DNA of 64,000 bases from Octopus vulgaris (taxonomy: Eukaryota). The notes beneath the pieces were generated by a model. That model made no database searches. It saw only the letters and a list, made by a program, of their open reading frames with translations, and had not been told where the DNA came from. The DNA lies in contig OX597822.1 of NCBI GenBank assembly GCA_951406725.2, positions 35,340,001 through 35,404,000 of the forward strand, read 5' to 3'. A program made the translations under genes and the position numbers. This document shows, in pieces, positions 26,555 to 42,580 of the stretch. Position 1 is the first letter of the stretch; every line of letters starts with the position of its first letter.

Positions 26555-27230
26555 GGCAGCGAGCTGGCAGAAACGTTAGCACGCCGGGCGAAAATCTTGG
26601 CTGTGTTTCGTCTTTACGTTGTGAGTTCAGATTCCGCCGAGGTCGACTTTGACTTTCATTCCTTTCAGGGTCGATAAATTGAGCACCAGTTGCGTACTGA
26701 GGTCGATCTAATCAACTGCCCATCCCCAACCCAAAATTTCGGGCCTTGTGCCTAGAGTAGAGAAGAAACATTAGAACGCCGAGCGAAATGCTAAGCGGTG
26801 TTTCGTTTGTCTTTACGTCCTGAGTTAAAATTCCGCCGAGGTCGACCCTGCTTTTTATCCTTTCAAGGTCGATAAATTAACTCGGATTGATCTAATCAAC
26901 TGGACCCCTCGCCCAAAATTCCAGGTCTTGTGCCTAGAGTAGAAAAGAAACTTTAGCACGCCGAGCGAAATGCTTAGCGCTATTTTGTCTGTCTACTTTG
27001 CCTTTCATCCTTTCGGGGTCGATAAGTTAAGTACCAGTTACACTCTGAGGTCGATATAATCGACTTAATCCGTTTGTCTGCCCTCTCTGTGTTTAGCCCC
27101 TTGTGGGTAGTAAAGAAATAGCTATTTTGTTTGTCTTTACGTTCTCAGTTCAAATTCCACCAAGGTCGACTTTGCATTTCATCCTTTCGGAGTCGATAAA
27201 TAAAGTACCGATGGCATACTGGGGTCGAGC
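26555..27230 (+). mobile_element. Tandem SINE family D copies
   Basis: About four consecutive family D units. Confidence 0.8.
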
Positions 27231-27329
27231 AAAATTTCGGAAGACAACAAAAGAATGAAAGGGACCTCGATATTATGTAAATAGATATATTTATCTGTAA
27301 ATATAATGTGACAATTATTCGGTAGCCAT

Positions 27330-27390
27330 GAAAAAACTCCGAGTTTCGGATGTCGGGGTGGAAACCCACGCCGCCATCTCTTCAGTTATC
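27330..27390 (-). ncRNA. Type I hammerhead motif
   Basis: GAUAA-CUGAAGA-GAUG...CAUCC-GAAA-CUCGGAG-UU|UUUUC, enclosed by a perfect 17-bp IR (27311-27327 / 27412-27428). Confidence 0.6.
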
Positions 27391-27843
27391 CGGCCATCGG
27401 AAAAAAGTCAGGGCTACCGAATAATTGTTACATGGTATATATATATGAATATATATATAACGCGGAGTAGAGGAAACAGGGACAACTGATGAAGGGGAAT
27501 ATTCTTTACGTTGCATGTCTCGTTTCTCTGTTTTTCGTTTTCGCTGTTCGAAAAAAAGTTCGTTTTCTATGTTTTTGTATTTCATGTTTTCGTTTCTCAT
27601 TGTGCTCAAAGTTTTTTTAATGTCCTGTACCCATATATGCATGTATATATACATATATATGTAGGTATGTACATATATGCATATATTTATATAATATTTA
27701 TATTATATATACGTTTATGAATTTGTGTGGCAAGACTCCTGATGTGAATTCGTGTGTTAAAACAGATATTGTATTTCGGGATGACAAACAAAATGCTACC
27801 CTCCCGAAATACAACAATATATATCAAGTGTGTGTGCGCGCGC

Positions 27844-27892
<49 letters not shown>

Positions 27893-28131
27893 AGAGTGTG
27901 TGTATGTGTGTGTGTGTGTGTGTATTTATACCATACTCTCTAGAAGATTCATTTCAGCCGATTGTACCAATCGCTTCCGCATACATGTGAGGTGATAAAC
28001 GATGACGGCGCTCGTCAGAAGGCCTGCTATGAGATATGTAATAATATAACACTTTATGATATAAATATTAATACACCCACTCTGCTGATTTGTTTTCTAA
28101 CTTATGAATACTTAACCGACTATATACATAC

Positions 28132-28291
<160 letters not shown>

Positions 28292-28361
28292 CGGAACACA
28301 CACATACACACACGTATGCATATAGAATATACATTGATCTTAGCCCCAAACACGAGAGGTA

Positions 28362-28397
<36 letters not shown>

Positions 28398-28617
28398 CAT
28401 ATACTATATATACATAATGATTGATGAATGCGTCCCCATGTCAGATGGTATCTGTCTCATTTATCACTGTTCATACAAACTGATCACCGTCGTACTTTTC
28501 TGTACGCTGAAGAGAATCTTAAGACCTACAGATGATTAACAACGTCGTAAGCAAACATGACAGATGTACCTCAGCGTCTCTCTCAACCTTTCTCTCGCCA
28601 CATAGATTACACAGATA

Positions 28618-28660
<43 letters not shown>

Positions 28661-29204
28661 GTAATTTCATATATAATGATCAGTGTTTATGTGTGCAAGC
28701 TTGTATATTATCCATGAATATATACTTACAGACAGGGATTTTTATACGCACAACAGCCGTCGAAGACAACTGTACTTCTAATACTTCCAACAAATAGGCC
28801 TGTAGAGCGGTCTTACTGTGACTAGGAATTCTATAGGTATGAGCTTCATTTGTTTTTTGTTGTCTTTTCATTTTGTTTGGCTTTTATTTATTTTCCATAT
28901 ATCTCGAACATTTATATGTTAAAATATTTACTTTGCAATCACGAACCCGAATTGTTTTTTCGAAATAAAGCCGAAACGGATACACGATATACGTATATGC
29001 CTACGTACGCATGCATGATGTTTCAGTGAGCTTGCGATTGCGTGCAGAAGCTGGAATTCCAACAATGTAGGCGCAAGAATGGGGTCGCTATACATGGCTA
29101 AGATATTTGCTTCGCAAACTTTGTTTCCGGATTTGATCCCACCACGTTTCCCCTTAGGGAAGCGTATTCAAGGGTTGGCGGAGAATATATGGTAGAGGGA
29201 ATAA

Positions 29205-30385
29205 GGCGGCGAGCTGGCAGAAACGTTAGCACGCCGGGCGAAATGCGTAGCCGTATTTCGTCTGTCGTTACATTCTGAGTTCAAATTCCGTCGAGGTCGA
29301 CTTTGCCTTTCATCCTTTCGGGGTCGATAAATTAAGTACCAGTTTCGCACTGGGGTCGATGTAATCTAGAGGGAAAATATGTGGAATCCTCAGTAGAGAT
29401 AAGGCCTGAAGTCTTAAAGGATGGAGGTTAGTCTATTAGCTTTCTGTTTGACTGGTATTTATTATCCCCTACAAGAATTTGGACTCAGACGAAACTCTAC
29501 TAAGCATTTTGCTCAGCGTGCTAAAGGTTTTGCCAGATCGTCGCCTTAAACCAGTGAAATAATTCTTTCTGCTATAGGCACAAGGCCTGAAACTTTGCGG
29601 AAAGGAATCTAGTCGATGGCATTGACCCTATTTCTCGACTCGTACTAATTTCACGGAGCCCGAAAGAATAAAAGGTAAAGTCAACATCGGTGGAATTTAG
29701 CTCCGAACGCACAGATAAGACGAAATATCACTAAGCAATTCGTCATTATGCTAACGATTCTGCCAGCTCGCTACCTAAAAAACCCCTTCCTTAGTAAACA
29801 ATTCATTTCTACTCCAGGAACAAGGCCCAAAATTTTGGGGGAGGGGGCAATCGATTACATTGACTCCAGTACGCAACTGGTACTTAATTTATCAACCTTG
29901 AAAGGATGAAAGTCAAAGTCGACCTCGGCGGAATTTGAACTCAGAAGATAAAGACAGACCGAATACATATTTCTTCACTACCGACAAGGGGCTAAACACA
30001 GAGAGGACAAACAAGGACAGACAAACGGATTAAGTCGATTATATAGACCCTAGTACGTAACTGGTACTTAATTTATCAACCCTGAAATGATGAAAAGCAA
30101 AGTCGACTTCGGCGGAATTTGAACTCAAAACGTAAAGACAGACCGAATACATATTTCTTTACTACCCACAATTGGCTAAACACAGAGAGGACAAACAAGG
30201 ACAGACAAAACGGATTAAGTCGATTATATCGACCCTAGTGCGTAACTGGTACTTATTTAATCGACCCCGAAAGGATGAAAGGCAAAGTCGACCTCGGCGG
30301 AATTTGAACTCAGAACGTAGCGGTAGACGGAATACCGCTAAGCATTTCGCCCGGTGTGCTAACGTTTCTGCCAGCTCCCCGCCTT
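29205..30385. mobile_element. SINE family D cluster: one + copy (29205-29365), then several - copies
   Basis: Family D sequence in both orientations. Confidence 0.8.
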
Positions 30386-30949
30386 CCTTAGTAAACTATT
30401 ATTAAATGAACTTGCTTTGCCTTGTGCTCTTATCTCGTTAATGTAGACATAGGGGCAGTATCTTGACTTACGATGCGTCTTAGACGTTTATATCTTTGTT
30501 TCTTATCTTTTTAAATAAAACTGACAGAACCTATCGCAACCTCGGTCTGACCACAATCTATTTCTTCTAGAGAGAAGAGACAGATAGAAATAAAGAGTCA
30601 AAGACAGAGAAGAATCGACACCAGAACAGAACTAGTAATTTATTTACCGGCACCGAAAAGAAAAGCAAAGGGAAAGCTGACATGGGAGGGATTTGAACAT
30701 AGGAAACAGAGCTTTAATAAGTTCTAGCCGACGCCTCTAATGAGTTGGCCAGTTCGACACCTTGCTACAGGAATTCTTGAAAGTGCAAGAAATAGAAAAC
30801 CAGTTCTGCGTGATATGACTCTGATATTTATAAGAAACTTTTGAATTCTTACTTAAGCGCAAAACTACAAGTTTATCAGATGAGTGTGGGTGAGGGGAAA
30901 ACAGTCCAACGTTTTATCGATTCAGCCATCTACCATCACATTTAAATAG

Positions 30950-31525
30950 TAACATTGATGATGATGATAATGATGATGAAGGGAAGGCAGAGGTGGTGGC
31001 GGCGGCGGCGGCGACGGTGACGCTGTGGGTGGGAGGAGTAGTAGGTATGCCTATGATGATGATGATGATGAAGATGTTGATGACGATGGTGCTGTTGGTG
31101 ATGAGGATATTGATGAGAATGGGGAAATAGAGAAGGAGGAGAAAAAGAACTGTTGAATTTAGAGGATTGGTTTGCGGGTGATGTCGGCGGCAACGCAATG
31201 GTGGTGATGGTTGGCGGAGAGGACGGTGAAGACGATGATATTGATGGTATGGTTATAATGATGATGATAATGATGGTGATGAGAAGGAGGACGAGGAGGA
31301 GGAACAGGGTGGGAAAGCGGAGGAGGAGGAGGAGGAGGAGGAGGAGGAAGAGGAAGAAGAAGAAGAAGAAGAAGAAGGGGAGGAAGAGGAGGAGGGGGAT
31401 AGTTATGAGAAGTTATTGATTGTGATGGTGGTGGCAGTGTCGACACAATGGTTGTGATGTTGGCGGTGGTGGCGGTGACGACGACGACGACAATGATGAT
31501 GATGATAATGATGACGGTGATGATA
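30950..31525. repeat. (GAT/GGT/GAG/GAA)n low-complexity tract
   Basis: Directly visible; source of the poly-R/K/P/H ORFs. Confidence 0.9.
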
Positions 31526-32114
31526 TTTTGTATACATCCCACTTCGTTATCTGAAGTTGTTTGTAAACATTCGAGAAGTGTTCCCCTACAATTGCACCAC
31601 TTTTTGAACATAACGCCATCATCCGGAAGTTGCTGTTTTGCTTGTAACCGTTGTTGTTGGGGAGAAGTACAAGTCACCCCTGTTCAAGTAGCCTTATGCT
31701 AACCAGCACCTGGAAAGGGAGTGCAGATGTACTGCAGTGGATCTATCGACTGTATTTACTACGTTAAAAATATAATCAATACATAAGAAAATGAAAGCAA
31801 AACACAACACCATGAGGTACATGTTAACACTGATAAGCTTAAGGTTCAATAACTTTCGTACTTCAACTGAGTTCAACTTTGCTGCCTGTACTCTGGCCAC
31901 AGTTACAACGAGGAAGCCACTACAAAGTCGCTCGATGTTAGAAACAGCAGTTTAATTTTCCTTAAATCATATTCCACTATTTTGCATTATCGTTTGCATT
32001 ATCGATGCCACCACCATCACAACCAATAACTTCTCATAACTATCCCTCTCCTCCTCTTCCTCCCCTTCTTCTTCTTTTTCTTCTTCTTCTTCTTCCTCCT
32101 CCTCCGCTTTCCCT

Positions 32115-32450
32115 GAAATTTGGGGTGAGGGGAATAGTCGATTATATCGACCCCAGTACTCTACTGGTAGTTATTTTATCGGATGAAGGGCAAAATTAAC
32201 CTCGGCGGAATTTGAACTTAGAACGTGAAGACGGACGAAATACCTATTTCTTTACTACCCACAAGGGACTAAACACAGAGAGGAGAAACAAGGACAGACA
32301 AACGGATTAAGTCGATTAAATCGACCCCAGTGCGTAACTGGTACTTATTTAATCGATCCCGAAAGGATGAAAGGCAAAGTCGACCTCGGCGGAATTTGAA
32401 CTCAGAACGTAGCGGCAGACGAAATACCGCTAAGCATTTCACCCGGCGTG
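32115..32450 (-). mobile_element. SINE family D (two units)
   Basis: Reverse complement of family D. Confidence 0.8.
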
Positions 32451-33179
32451 TAAATGGTCCTGACCGCTCGCCAATGAAGAATGCACTGGCCATTGTTATC
32501 GCAAGAATGGGATGCAATTGGGTGAGGATGGTGAAGACGCAAAGCATTCTAACATAGGCCGACTCAATGAGAGCTGATCTGAGATAAGCTACGACACCAA
32601 GATCAGTACGTATAGAAAAATAATTGGAGAAACCTCTACATGTTCTACATGTTCGGACAGTCGGACTGAACCCCCATGTCAGTGATCATAGGATGTTGGA
32701 CGTTGTATGGTTCTCACCTGGACAGAAACATAATATAACTGGAATATAAAATGAAGATTTGAGGATCATGCTCACTCGTCAACAGAGACTACATTTTTGT
32801 CATTCACCTGCTCAGCCAATGGCAACCGGAAGCTACACAACAACAGTACTAACAAGAATAACAACAAAAAACTATTATTATTACTTTTGTTTGATTGAAT
32901 TCGGTATAGCTTCTATATGCCTCTGTGTGTGTGGGGGGGTGTATCTTTTAATATATCTCTTTTATCTTAAATTGGAGCCATGCTGGGGCACCACCCTGAA
33001 GAATTTTAGTCGAACTTGTTTTTTGAAGTATTTTATATATTTTGCTTGATACTTATTCTATGCGTACCTTTTGCCGAACCGCTAAGTTATGAGGACATAA
33101 TTATACCAAAACCAATAGTCAAGCGTTGAGAGGCAAATACACACACACATACAGATTTGTGTGTGTGTGTGTGTATTTA

Positions 33180-33220
<41 letters not shown>

Positions 33221-33690
33221 GGGATACGGGATTCTCGCAGTTTCCCTCTACGACATTAACTCGCACGGGTCGACCCGGGTCTAGGTAGAGGATACGTGCC
33301 CAAAGTGCCATGCAGTGAAACTTGACCCGGAAACCTGTGGCTCGGAAGCAAACATCTCACCACACAGGTAGATCTTCGCCAATAAAATATCAAAATGACG
33401 TATATAATAACTGGTACACAGAAGTGGACCCACTCCACTGAGTGCCTAAATTCCGATGTTAAATAAGGGGATGCGGGATCCGTTGAAATAAGTGTTGGCT
33501 ATAGGCAATGTATAGCCCGTATGAATATATGTATAGTGGAATGAAAAATGAAGGGGGAGTTGCCAAACATGATGTCGATTATAACACATAACAATTATAA
33601 CATAACAGACGAGAGTGCAAAAATATAAATGATTTGATGGCTGATTATATTTTATTGTAGTATATAGAGAGAGTTTAAAATTTAAAGAAG

Positions 33691-33921
33691 GGCGACGAGC
33701 TGGCAGAAACGTTAGCACGCCGGGTGAAATGCGTAGCCGTATTTCGTCTGCCGTTACGTTCTGAGTTCAAATTCCGCCGAAGTCGACTTTGCCTTTCATC
33801 CTTTCGGGGTCGATAAATTAAGTACCAGTTACGCACTGGGGTCGATGTAATCGACTTAATCCGTTTTGTTTGTCCTTGTTTGTGCCCTCTGTGTTTGGTC
33901 GCTTTTGGGTAGTAAAGAAAT
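33691..33921 (+). mobile_element. SINE family D, near full length
   Basis: ggcgacgagctggcagaaacgttagcacg ... gggtagtaaagaaata. Confidence 0.85.
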
Positions 33922-34710
33922 ATATATAGAGAGAGTTTACAAATTAAAGGAAGAGGAATAATTACAAAGTAGCTAAATGTTGCTGAAGTGCCTCAGGATT
34001 TAAATTCGGGATAGTAAGTTGTATTTCGTAGAAAATAGGAGACTTGAACAAGGAAACGAACTCGCGGGATGTTTTTAAACCATACATACTTTGAATTCTT
34101 CCACATAATTTTCGATGGATGCACTCCAAAATGTCCATCAGCATAAATTATGGTCAGTAATGGATTAATCTCATCAGGAAGGATATAAATAACAAACTCA
34201 TCAAATAGACATGTTAACAGAAATAGAACGTCCTATAAAATGTAACGTATTTATATTCATATGCACACGCCCGCGCGCGTGTGTATATATACAGGAGCAG
34301 GCCTGGCGCTTCGTGGTGAGATACTTGCTTCAGTCCTACAAAGTAGCATTGTTGGGCATGTGTAATATACTATAGCCTTGAACCGATCGAAAACTTGTAA
34401 GTGGATTTGATAGACGAAAAGTGAAAGTTGAATGCGCGCGTGTGTGTGTGTGTGTGTGTGTCTGTGTCTGTGAGTATCTATTAAGGTGGGTTTGTGTTTG
34501 TGTTTAGCCCTCATCACAATTTCACAACCAGTGTTAGTTTACCTGTTTACGCCGCCGTCAATTAGCGATTCGGCAAAATATATCGACAAAATAGGTATCT
34601 CTATTTAAAAAATAAAATTTCTTGGAGACGATCTTTTCGACTGATCGCTGCAAAGTGGTGCCCCAGCGTAGATGCAAACCAATGACCGGAATAAGTGAAA
34701 TATAAAAGAA

Positions 34711-34746
<36 letters not shown>

Positions 34747-35611
34747 TCATACATATATCCATCCATGCACATATGTGTGTATTCTTCTCTATTTATATAT
34801 GCAATAAAAAAAAAAGAAGTTCATTTCTGCGTTTTTTAACCACTCAACTTTCGAAATGCAACAACGTCTTGAGTGAGCTGAAACAAAAATATGCTAATAA
34901 AGGTGAGCTTAGAGAGAATTAGCCTGGAATGTGGAATAAACAAATTTAAGGAATGTGAGAATAAACAAGTTTACAGGAGTCATTTTTCGGTGACGCGAAA
35001 TTTCTATTAATAATTTCTAGCTTAAGCCCAAGGTCACTGTTTTGGCGTTTCGAAATAGAGAATTAAATAGACTTTCATATTTAATATAATATATACGATT
35101 GTTTGAAACACAAAAACCATTATGATTTCTAACACAATTACAAGATCTTAAATTTTGGGAGAGATTTTTTCTAGAGGATTAAAGCAACGCTAGTAAATGT
35201 CTGATACTCATTTTAACGGCCTTCGAAGGACGAAGAGAAAAATTATGTCGGCAGGAAGTAAATCATATCATAAAGGGAGATAAGCTAATGGCACAAGATA
35301 TTGTTCCAGATAAGTCTACAGATTCGGCCAAAACCCCATTCGTAATAGAAAACGAATAGATATTTCTTACGTAAAACCAGATAGCAATGAAGATACACAC
35401 TCTCACAAGCATGTATGTGTGCTTGTGTGCGTGCGTGTGAGTGTGTGTTTTGGGTGGGTGTACGTGTATATGTGTGTGTAAATATATATGTGTGTGTGTG
35501 TGTGCGTGTGTATACATATATATACATATATACACAAACACACAGACACACACACATGTATGTTTGTGTACTATAGTTTTGTTGATGCAAAAATAGAACT
35601 CAAAGCATGAT

Positions 35612-35920
<309 letters not shown>

Positions 35921-36332
35921 GCAGCAAGAACCGAGGGTTTCGTGCGTTAGCACATATCAATCAACTGCTAAATATAAATATAAAAGCACACACACACACA
36001 TATTCAAAAACTTTTTTTGCAAAAAGAATAATTTTTCAAAAGTTATTAACTATTTTAAAAAGTTACTTTAGATGTGTAGAAGGCCACAAGACTTTAGAGA
36101 AAAGTTTTGCGTTTAGTATCTAGATACAGGGTGTGTGCGTGTATGTATTTGTATTTATGTGTATATCATATGTGTGTGTGTATCTTGTGCGTGTGTATGT
36201 ATGTATGTATGTATGTATGTATGTATGTATATATGCATACACATACATTTATATATATTCATATGTACATATCCATATACTCATATTACATAAATATACA
36301 TTAAACATATATGAACTGAATGATAGACAGAG

Positions 36333-36408
<76 letters not shown>

Positions 36409-36460
36409 GGATGGATACTTATGTATAGAGAAACAGTGAATGAGACAGTATGTATGCGTT

Positions 36461-36497
<37 letters not shown>

Positions 36498-37005
36498 CAG
36501 AGAGAGAAAAAGATGAAGCGAGAGAAAGTAATTAAACGATGGAGAGAGAGATAAAGTGAGAGATAGAGTTTCTTTGTGATGTAAACCATGTGGTATGTGT
36601 GGTCTAAACATGATAAGATGTGGTATGCCCTTCATATTAGTAAATTTTATGAGGTATGATATCAGTGGAGTCCGTGAAGTAAATTGTATTGTACGTTTAG
36701 TGTAGAGACGATGAAAATGGTGTTCAACACGCAAAGTATGATGTATAGTTTATGATGCACATGATTACCTAAAATATATCTCATGTGTGATGAAGTGTAA
36801 TGGTTTAACGATGTTTTGCACAAAACATGTAGTGGGATATTTATTGTAAAATAGGTTATTTTATAGTGTATGCTCTGTAATATACAATCAATAATATATT
36901 CTTCTGTTAAAATCGTATTGTCCGAATTGGACAGAGTGGTATATATGTGTTTGTCTGAGTGTTTTCTGCTACAGTTAAACATTTCATATCTCTCTACCAT
37001 GTTCT

Positions 37006-37040
37006 CACTTTGATGAAGTGTTTTGTCCGAAACGTTAGAC
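37006..37040 (+). ncRNA. Decayed minimal hammerhead motif
   Basis: CU-UUGAUGA-AGUGUUUUGUCC-GAAA-CG-UU|AG. C3 changed to U; palindromic AACGUU; stem I only 2 bp. Confidence 0.3.
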
Positions 37041-37589
37041 TTCTATTCCTCCTAACAACATTACATTTCTTTCATTGCTTGAACATTATATGTCGGTGTA
37101 AAATATCACACATCTTACTAAGATATCTGGAGTAACTTTGTGTGTATTTAAGTGGTGTTCTGTGAAAATTGTCGTTTGCAGATTATAGCGTATATGAACT
37201 AATATTACAGTGTATCCTTTTTTTTGTATGATTTTCGTATGCGTAGGATATAATTTTGGCTATGATGCGTATTAAGATCCGTGTGGTATACTAAGTATGG
37301 TGGGTTATACATAACACATACAAGCAGTTTAACCTGTTTATGTCATACATTGTATATGTACTGTACAGGAGAGAGTGAGTAGTGGTCAATGGCGTAGGAG
37401 CATCGAATATAAATGTGTTTGTTGTTTAGCCCGAGGTTAGCATTGATCCACCAGACCAATGATCGAAGATTTGCCAGCAGTGATCAATCAATCATGCTTT
37501 CCGGAATTGTGTACGGAGGAGAACATTAATCAATAAGTCCTACATTTTTTATGATGAAACGAATAGTGCTGGCAAGCTATAGCGATATT

Positions 37590-37640
<51 letters not shown>

Positions 37641-38116
37641 CGAGTAGTCACGTGACCGACCAGACTATCGGATGCTGTTACACATCGCAGGTCACAATGT
37701 GATTTGCATTGCTCTAGCCATCAAATGACGCCACACGGCTGGCTAGGCGAGCAGGCCAATACTCGCCCTTGATCGAAAGGGGACTGAGAATGAAGTGCTT
37801 TGCTCAAGAACACAACGCACCGCCCAGTCTGGGAATCAAACCCACGAAGTAGCGATCGTAAGTGAAACAGCCTAACCACTAGGCCACGCTGGAATCCTCA
37901 GCGAATTAAACGTAATTCGATAAGCCTGGTAATTTAGCTGATCGAAGAAATAAACACGCTTGATCGGAAATTCTGACTGAAATTTCGGTTTTTCCTTTTA
38001 TTCTGTTCTTTTTGCTTGCCTTAGTCATTGGATTGCGACCATGTGGGGGCACTGCCTCTATATGTAGCTTAAGCTAGACATATGTCGAATGAGTGATATA
38101 TATTGTGTTGGCTAAA

Positions 38117-38350
38117 GCGGAAAGTTGGCAGAAACGTTAGCACGCCAGGCGAAATGCGCAGCCGTATTTCGTCTGCCGTTACGTTCTGAGTTCAAATTCT
38201 GCCGAGGTCGACTTTGCCTTTCATCCTTTCAGAGTCGATTAAATAAGTACCAGTTACGCACTGGGGTCGATCTAATCGACTTAATCCGTTTGTCTGTCCT
38301 TGTTTGACCTCTCTGTGTGTCGTCCCTTGTGGGTAGTAAAAAAATAGGTA
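38117..38350 (+). mobile_element. SINE family D
   Basis: Matches 33691-33921. Confidence 0.8.
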
Positions 38351-39019
38351 TATATTGTGTTGCAAAAATACGGTTATGGACAATATGTCAGGTAGCATTC
38401 TATGTTAAGTACTGTTCGTGCTTCTGTGCATGTGATGTGTGAGTGTGGGTTTCTATGTGTGTGCGTATGTGTTTGGTATGTGTGTGTATGTTTGTGTGCT
38501 GTGTGGGTGGTATGTGCATATGTGTTTATGTGTGTGTGTTTGTATGTGTGTGTATGTGTGTGTGCATCTGTGTGTGCATGTGTGTGTGTGTGTGTGTGTG
38601 TGCGTGTCTTGAACAAAGTATGTCGGCTGATATTTTGAGTTTACCATAATTGATTCACAGCATTACAGGTAGAGAAAATATGCCAAGTTACCTACTTGTG
38701 TGTCATGTGGATGAGTGTGAGTATGTGCCTGTGTGTGAGTGTGTGGATATATATATGCCAGTGTGTGTGTGTGCGCGCGCGCGCGTTCGTGTGTGTTTGC
38801 GTGTGCTAACATGACAGTTGTATATGATTGGTGACAAAATAAAAAAAAGTTGAAACGAGAACCGAAACCAATTAACTGCGACTTTTATGTCTAATGTTGA
38901 ATGGTTAAATGTTTTACATATTTTTACAATCATTTCAACGAGACGCATACACAGATTGACGAACAGAGAGAGAAATCGATAGACGGATAGACAGAGAGAA
39001 GCAGAGAGAGAGAGAGAGG

Positions 39020-40505
<1,486 letters not shown>

Positions 40506-41022
40506 AATATATGAGTGTATATTTATCTATATATCTGACTGTCTATCTATCTATCTATCAACCACTTCCATATACACCGTGTACAATTTGAAACACAAAC
40601 AGACTGATTGACAGACACACACACACACATACACACACAAACACACCAACACGATGACAAGAAAAGTAGAGTGATTAGTAAAACAGATTGTTTGGTATGC
40701 AAAGAAAATAGACCAAGAAATGAATCACATCTTAAAAATAGGAGATATATAGATAGACAGATAAAATTGAGGTGAGTGACAGCTAATCAGACGCATAGAC
40801 AAGATGTAGGCGGAGGCAGGCACAGATATAGGCAGGAAGTGTAAGAAGGATGGTATTACAGGTGAAAGTGACAAAACGAATTGACCCATGGAATATAGTG
40901 CTGTGGGTGTGTGTGTGTGTGTATATGTATATTTATATATACATACATATATATGCATATATATACATACATATATATGCATATATATATATATACATAT
41001 GTATGGATATATGTATATCTAT

Positions 41023-41075
<53 letters not shown>

Positions 41076-41121
41076 GATATATATACATACACATGTATAA
41101 ATATATATACATATATATATT

Positions 41122-41168
<47 letters not shown>

Positions 41169-41256
41169 GAAATGGAAGAATTCTTCTTAATGCTGAAATA
41201 ATGACTGTCATTCAAGGATGGACTTGATACAAGTCTGGGGGCGGGCACTGCGTATG

Positions 41257-41313
<57 letters not shown>

Positions 41314-41399
41314 AATCCAAACGGGAAACAAAAAAACAACAACAATGGAACAATTACAGTATTATTATTAATAGGCGCTCAGGAAATGGAAGCAGGGAG

Positions 41400-41434
41400 G
41401 TATGACGTTTCGAGCGGAGCTCTTCGTCGGAAAC
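41400..41434 (-). ncRNA. Minimal Penelope-type hammerhead motif
   Basis: GUUU-CCGACGA-A-GAGC UCC GCUC-GAAA-CG-UC|AUAC. Stem III reduced to the ACGU palindrome; weak stem I. Confidence 0.5.
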
Positions 41435-41559
41435 ATAAAGAAAAGAGAGAGGAAAGAAAGATCCCGGAGCGGGCAACGGAGATAGAGAAAAAAACGACTG
41501 GTGTTAGGAGTTGCACATGGTGAGAGAGAGATAGATAGATATATAGATAGATAGATAGA

Positions 41560-42580
41560 TAAACTTAGATATGTTTCCACCAAAGATTGGTCCAGGCCAT
41601 GTCTAAGTTAATAGCACCACCTGATATGATTATCTAAATCCTGTTTAAGTCAGTTTTGTTTGTGGTCCATTCAAGTAGTGAGTTTTTGTTGGGTGAGTTG
41701 TATTCAATTATGGGTTGCTTATCTGGTATTCCTTGAAGGAATCTATCCAGACTCCGTTGAAAGTTGATGGGATCCTTTTCCTCTTTGATCTCTTTCGGGA
41801 CAATATTAAATAAGGCAGGGCCTGTTGAGGAAAAGAAATTATGTTGCAGTGTACATATATGCTGTGATCCTGAATTGGGCAGGGGACGTATGGCCCGTGG
41901 TCCCAGTCTTGAATGAACCTTGAAGCTAATGTTCAGAGGGCAGCAGTATTCGAAGTGTGGCCGTACAAAGGAGGAGAAAAGTGGTATGATGACACCTTGT
42001 TCTCTGGACCGGAAGGTTCTTAAGATCCAGGAACTCATCCTACGAGCTATATCGAACTTATTGTTAATGTGGGCACTCCAACTGAGATTGTCATCAACAA
42101 TTATGCCCAGGGCTCTGATATTGTTAGAAGCTGTGAGCGGTTCCCCTGAAGGAAGAGAGTATGGCTCTTTTAGTGTGGACTTTCTTCCAAAATGCATCAG
42201 CTCAAATTTTCCCTCGTTCAGTTACACTTTGTTTCTGTCTGCCTATTGACTCACAGCATATAGATCAGACTGGAGTTGAGTTCGGTCTGCTTCTTCATTG
42301 ATTATTTGCTGGAGCTTAGTGTCATCAGCAAATATTTTCACTTTGCAGTAATATTCGACACTGGAAAGGTCGTTTATATAAATTATAAAGAAGAGCGGGC
42401 CCAAGACAGTCCCCTAGGGGACACCGCTGGTGACTTTTGCTGGGCTTGAGTGGACTCCATCGACTACAACATGTTGTGTTCTATTCGCCAGGAAATATTT
42501 AATCCAGTGTAGAAGTTTTCCACGGATTCCAACATTTGCCAATTTTGAGAGTAGTTTATTATGGTCAACCCTGTCGAAAG
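41560..42580 (-). mobile_element. CR1-clade LINE, 5'-truncated, with stops and an internal deletion
   Basis: Minus strand reads FDRVDHNKLLSKL...VTSGVP*GTVLGPLFFIIYINDL...KIFADDTKL (RT core). ORF 41634..42197 jumps from HFEYCCPL to NISFKVHSRLGP, a deletion relative to the copy at 1723-2167. Confidence 0.9.

Noticed and set aside
27470-27520. CTGATGA in a dispersed repeat (related copies near 57360 and on the minus strand near 24675)
   Set aside because: No correctly placed GAAA, stem III and UH site with a pairing stem I.
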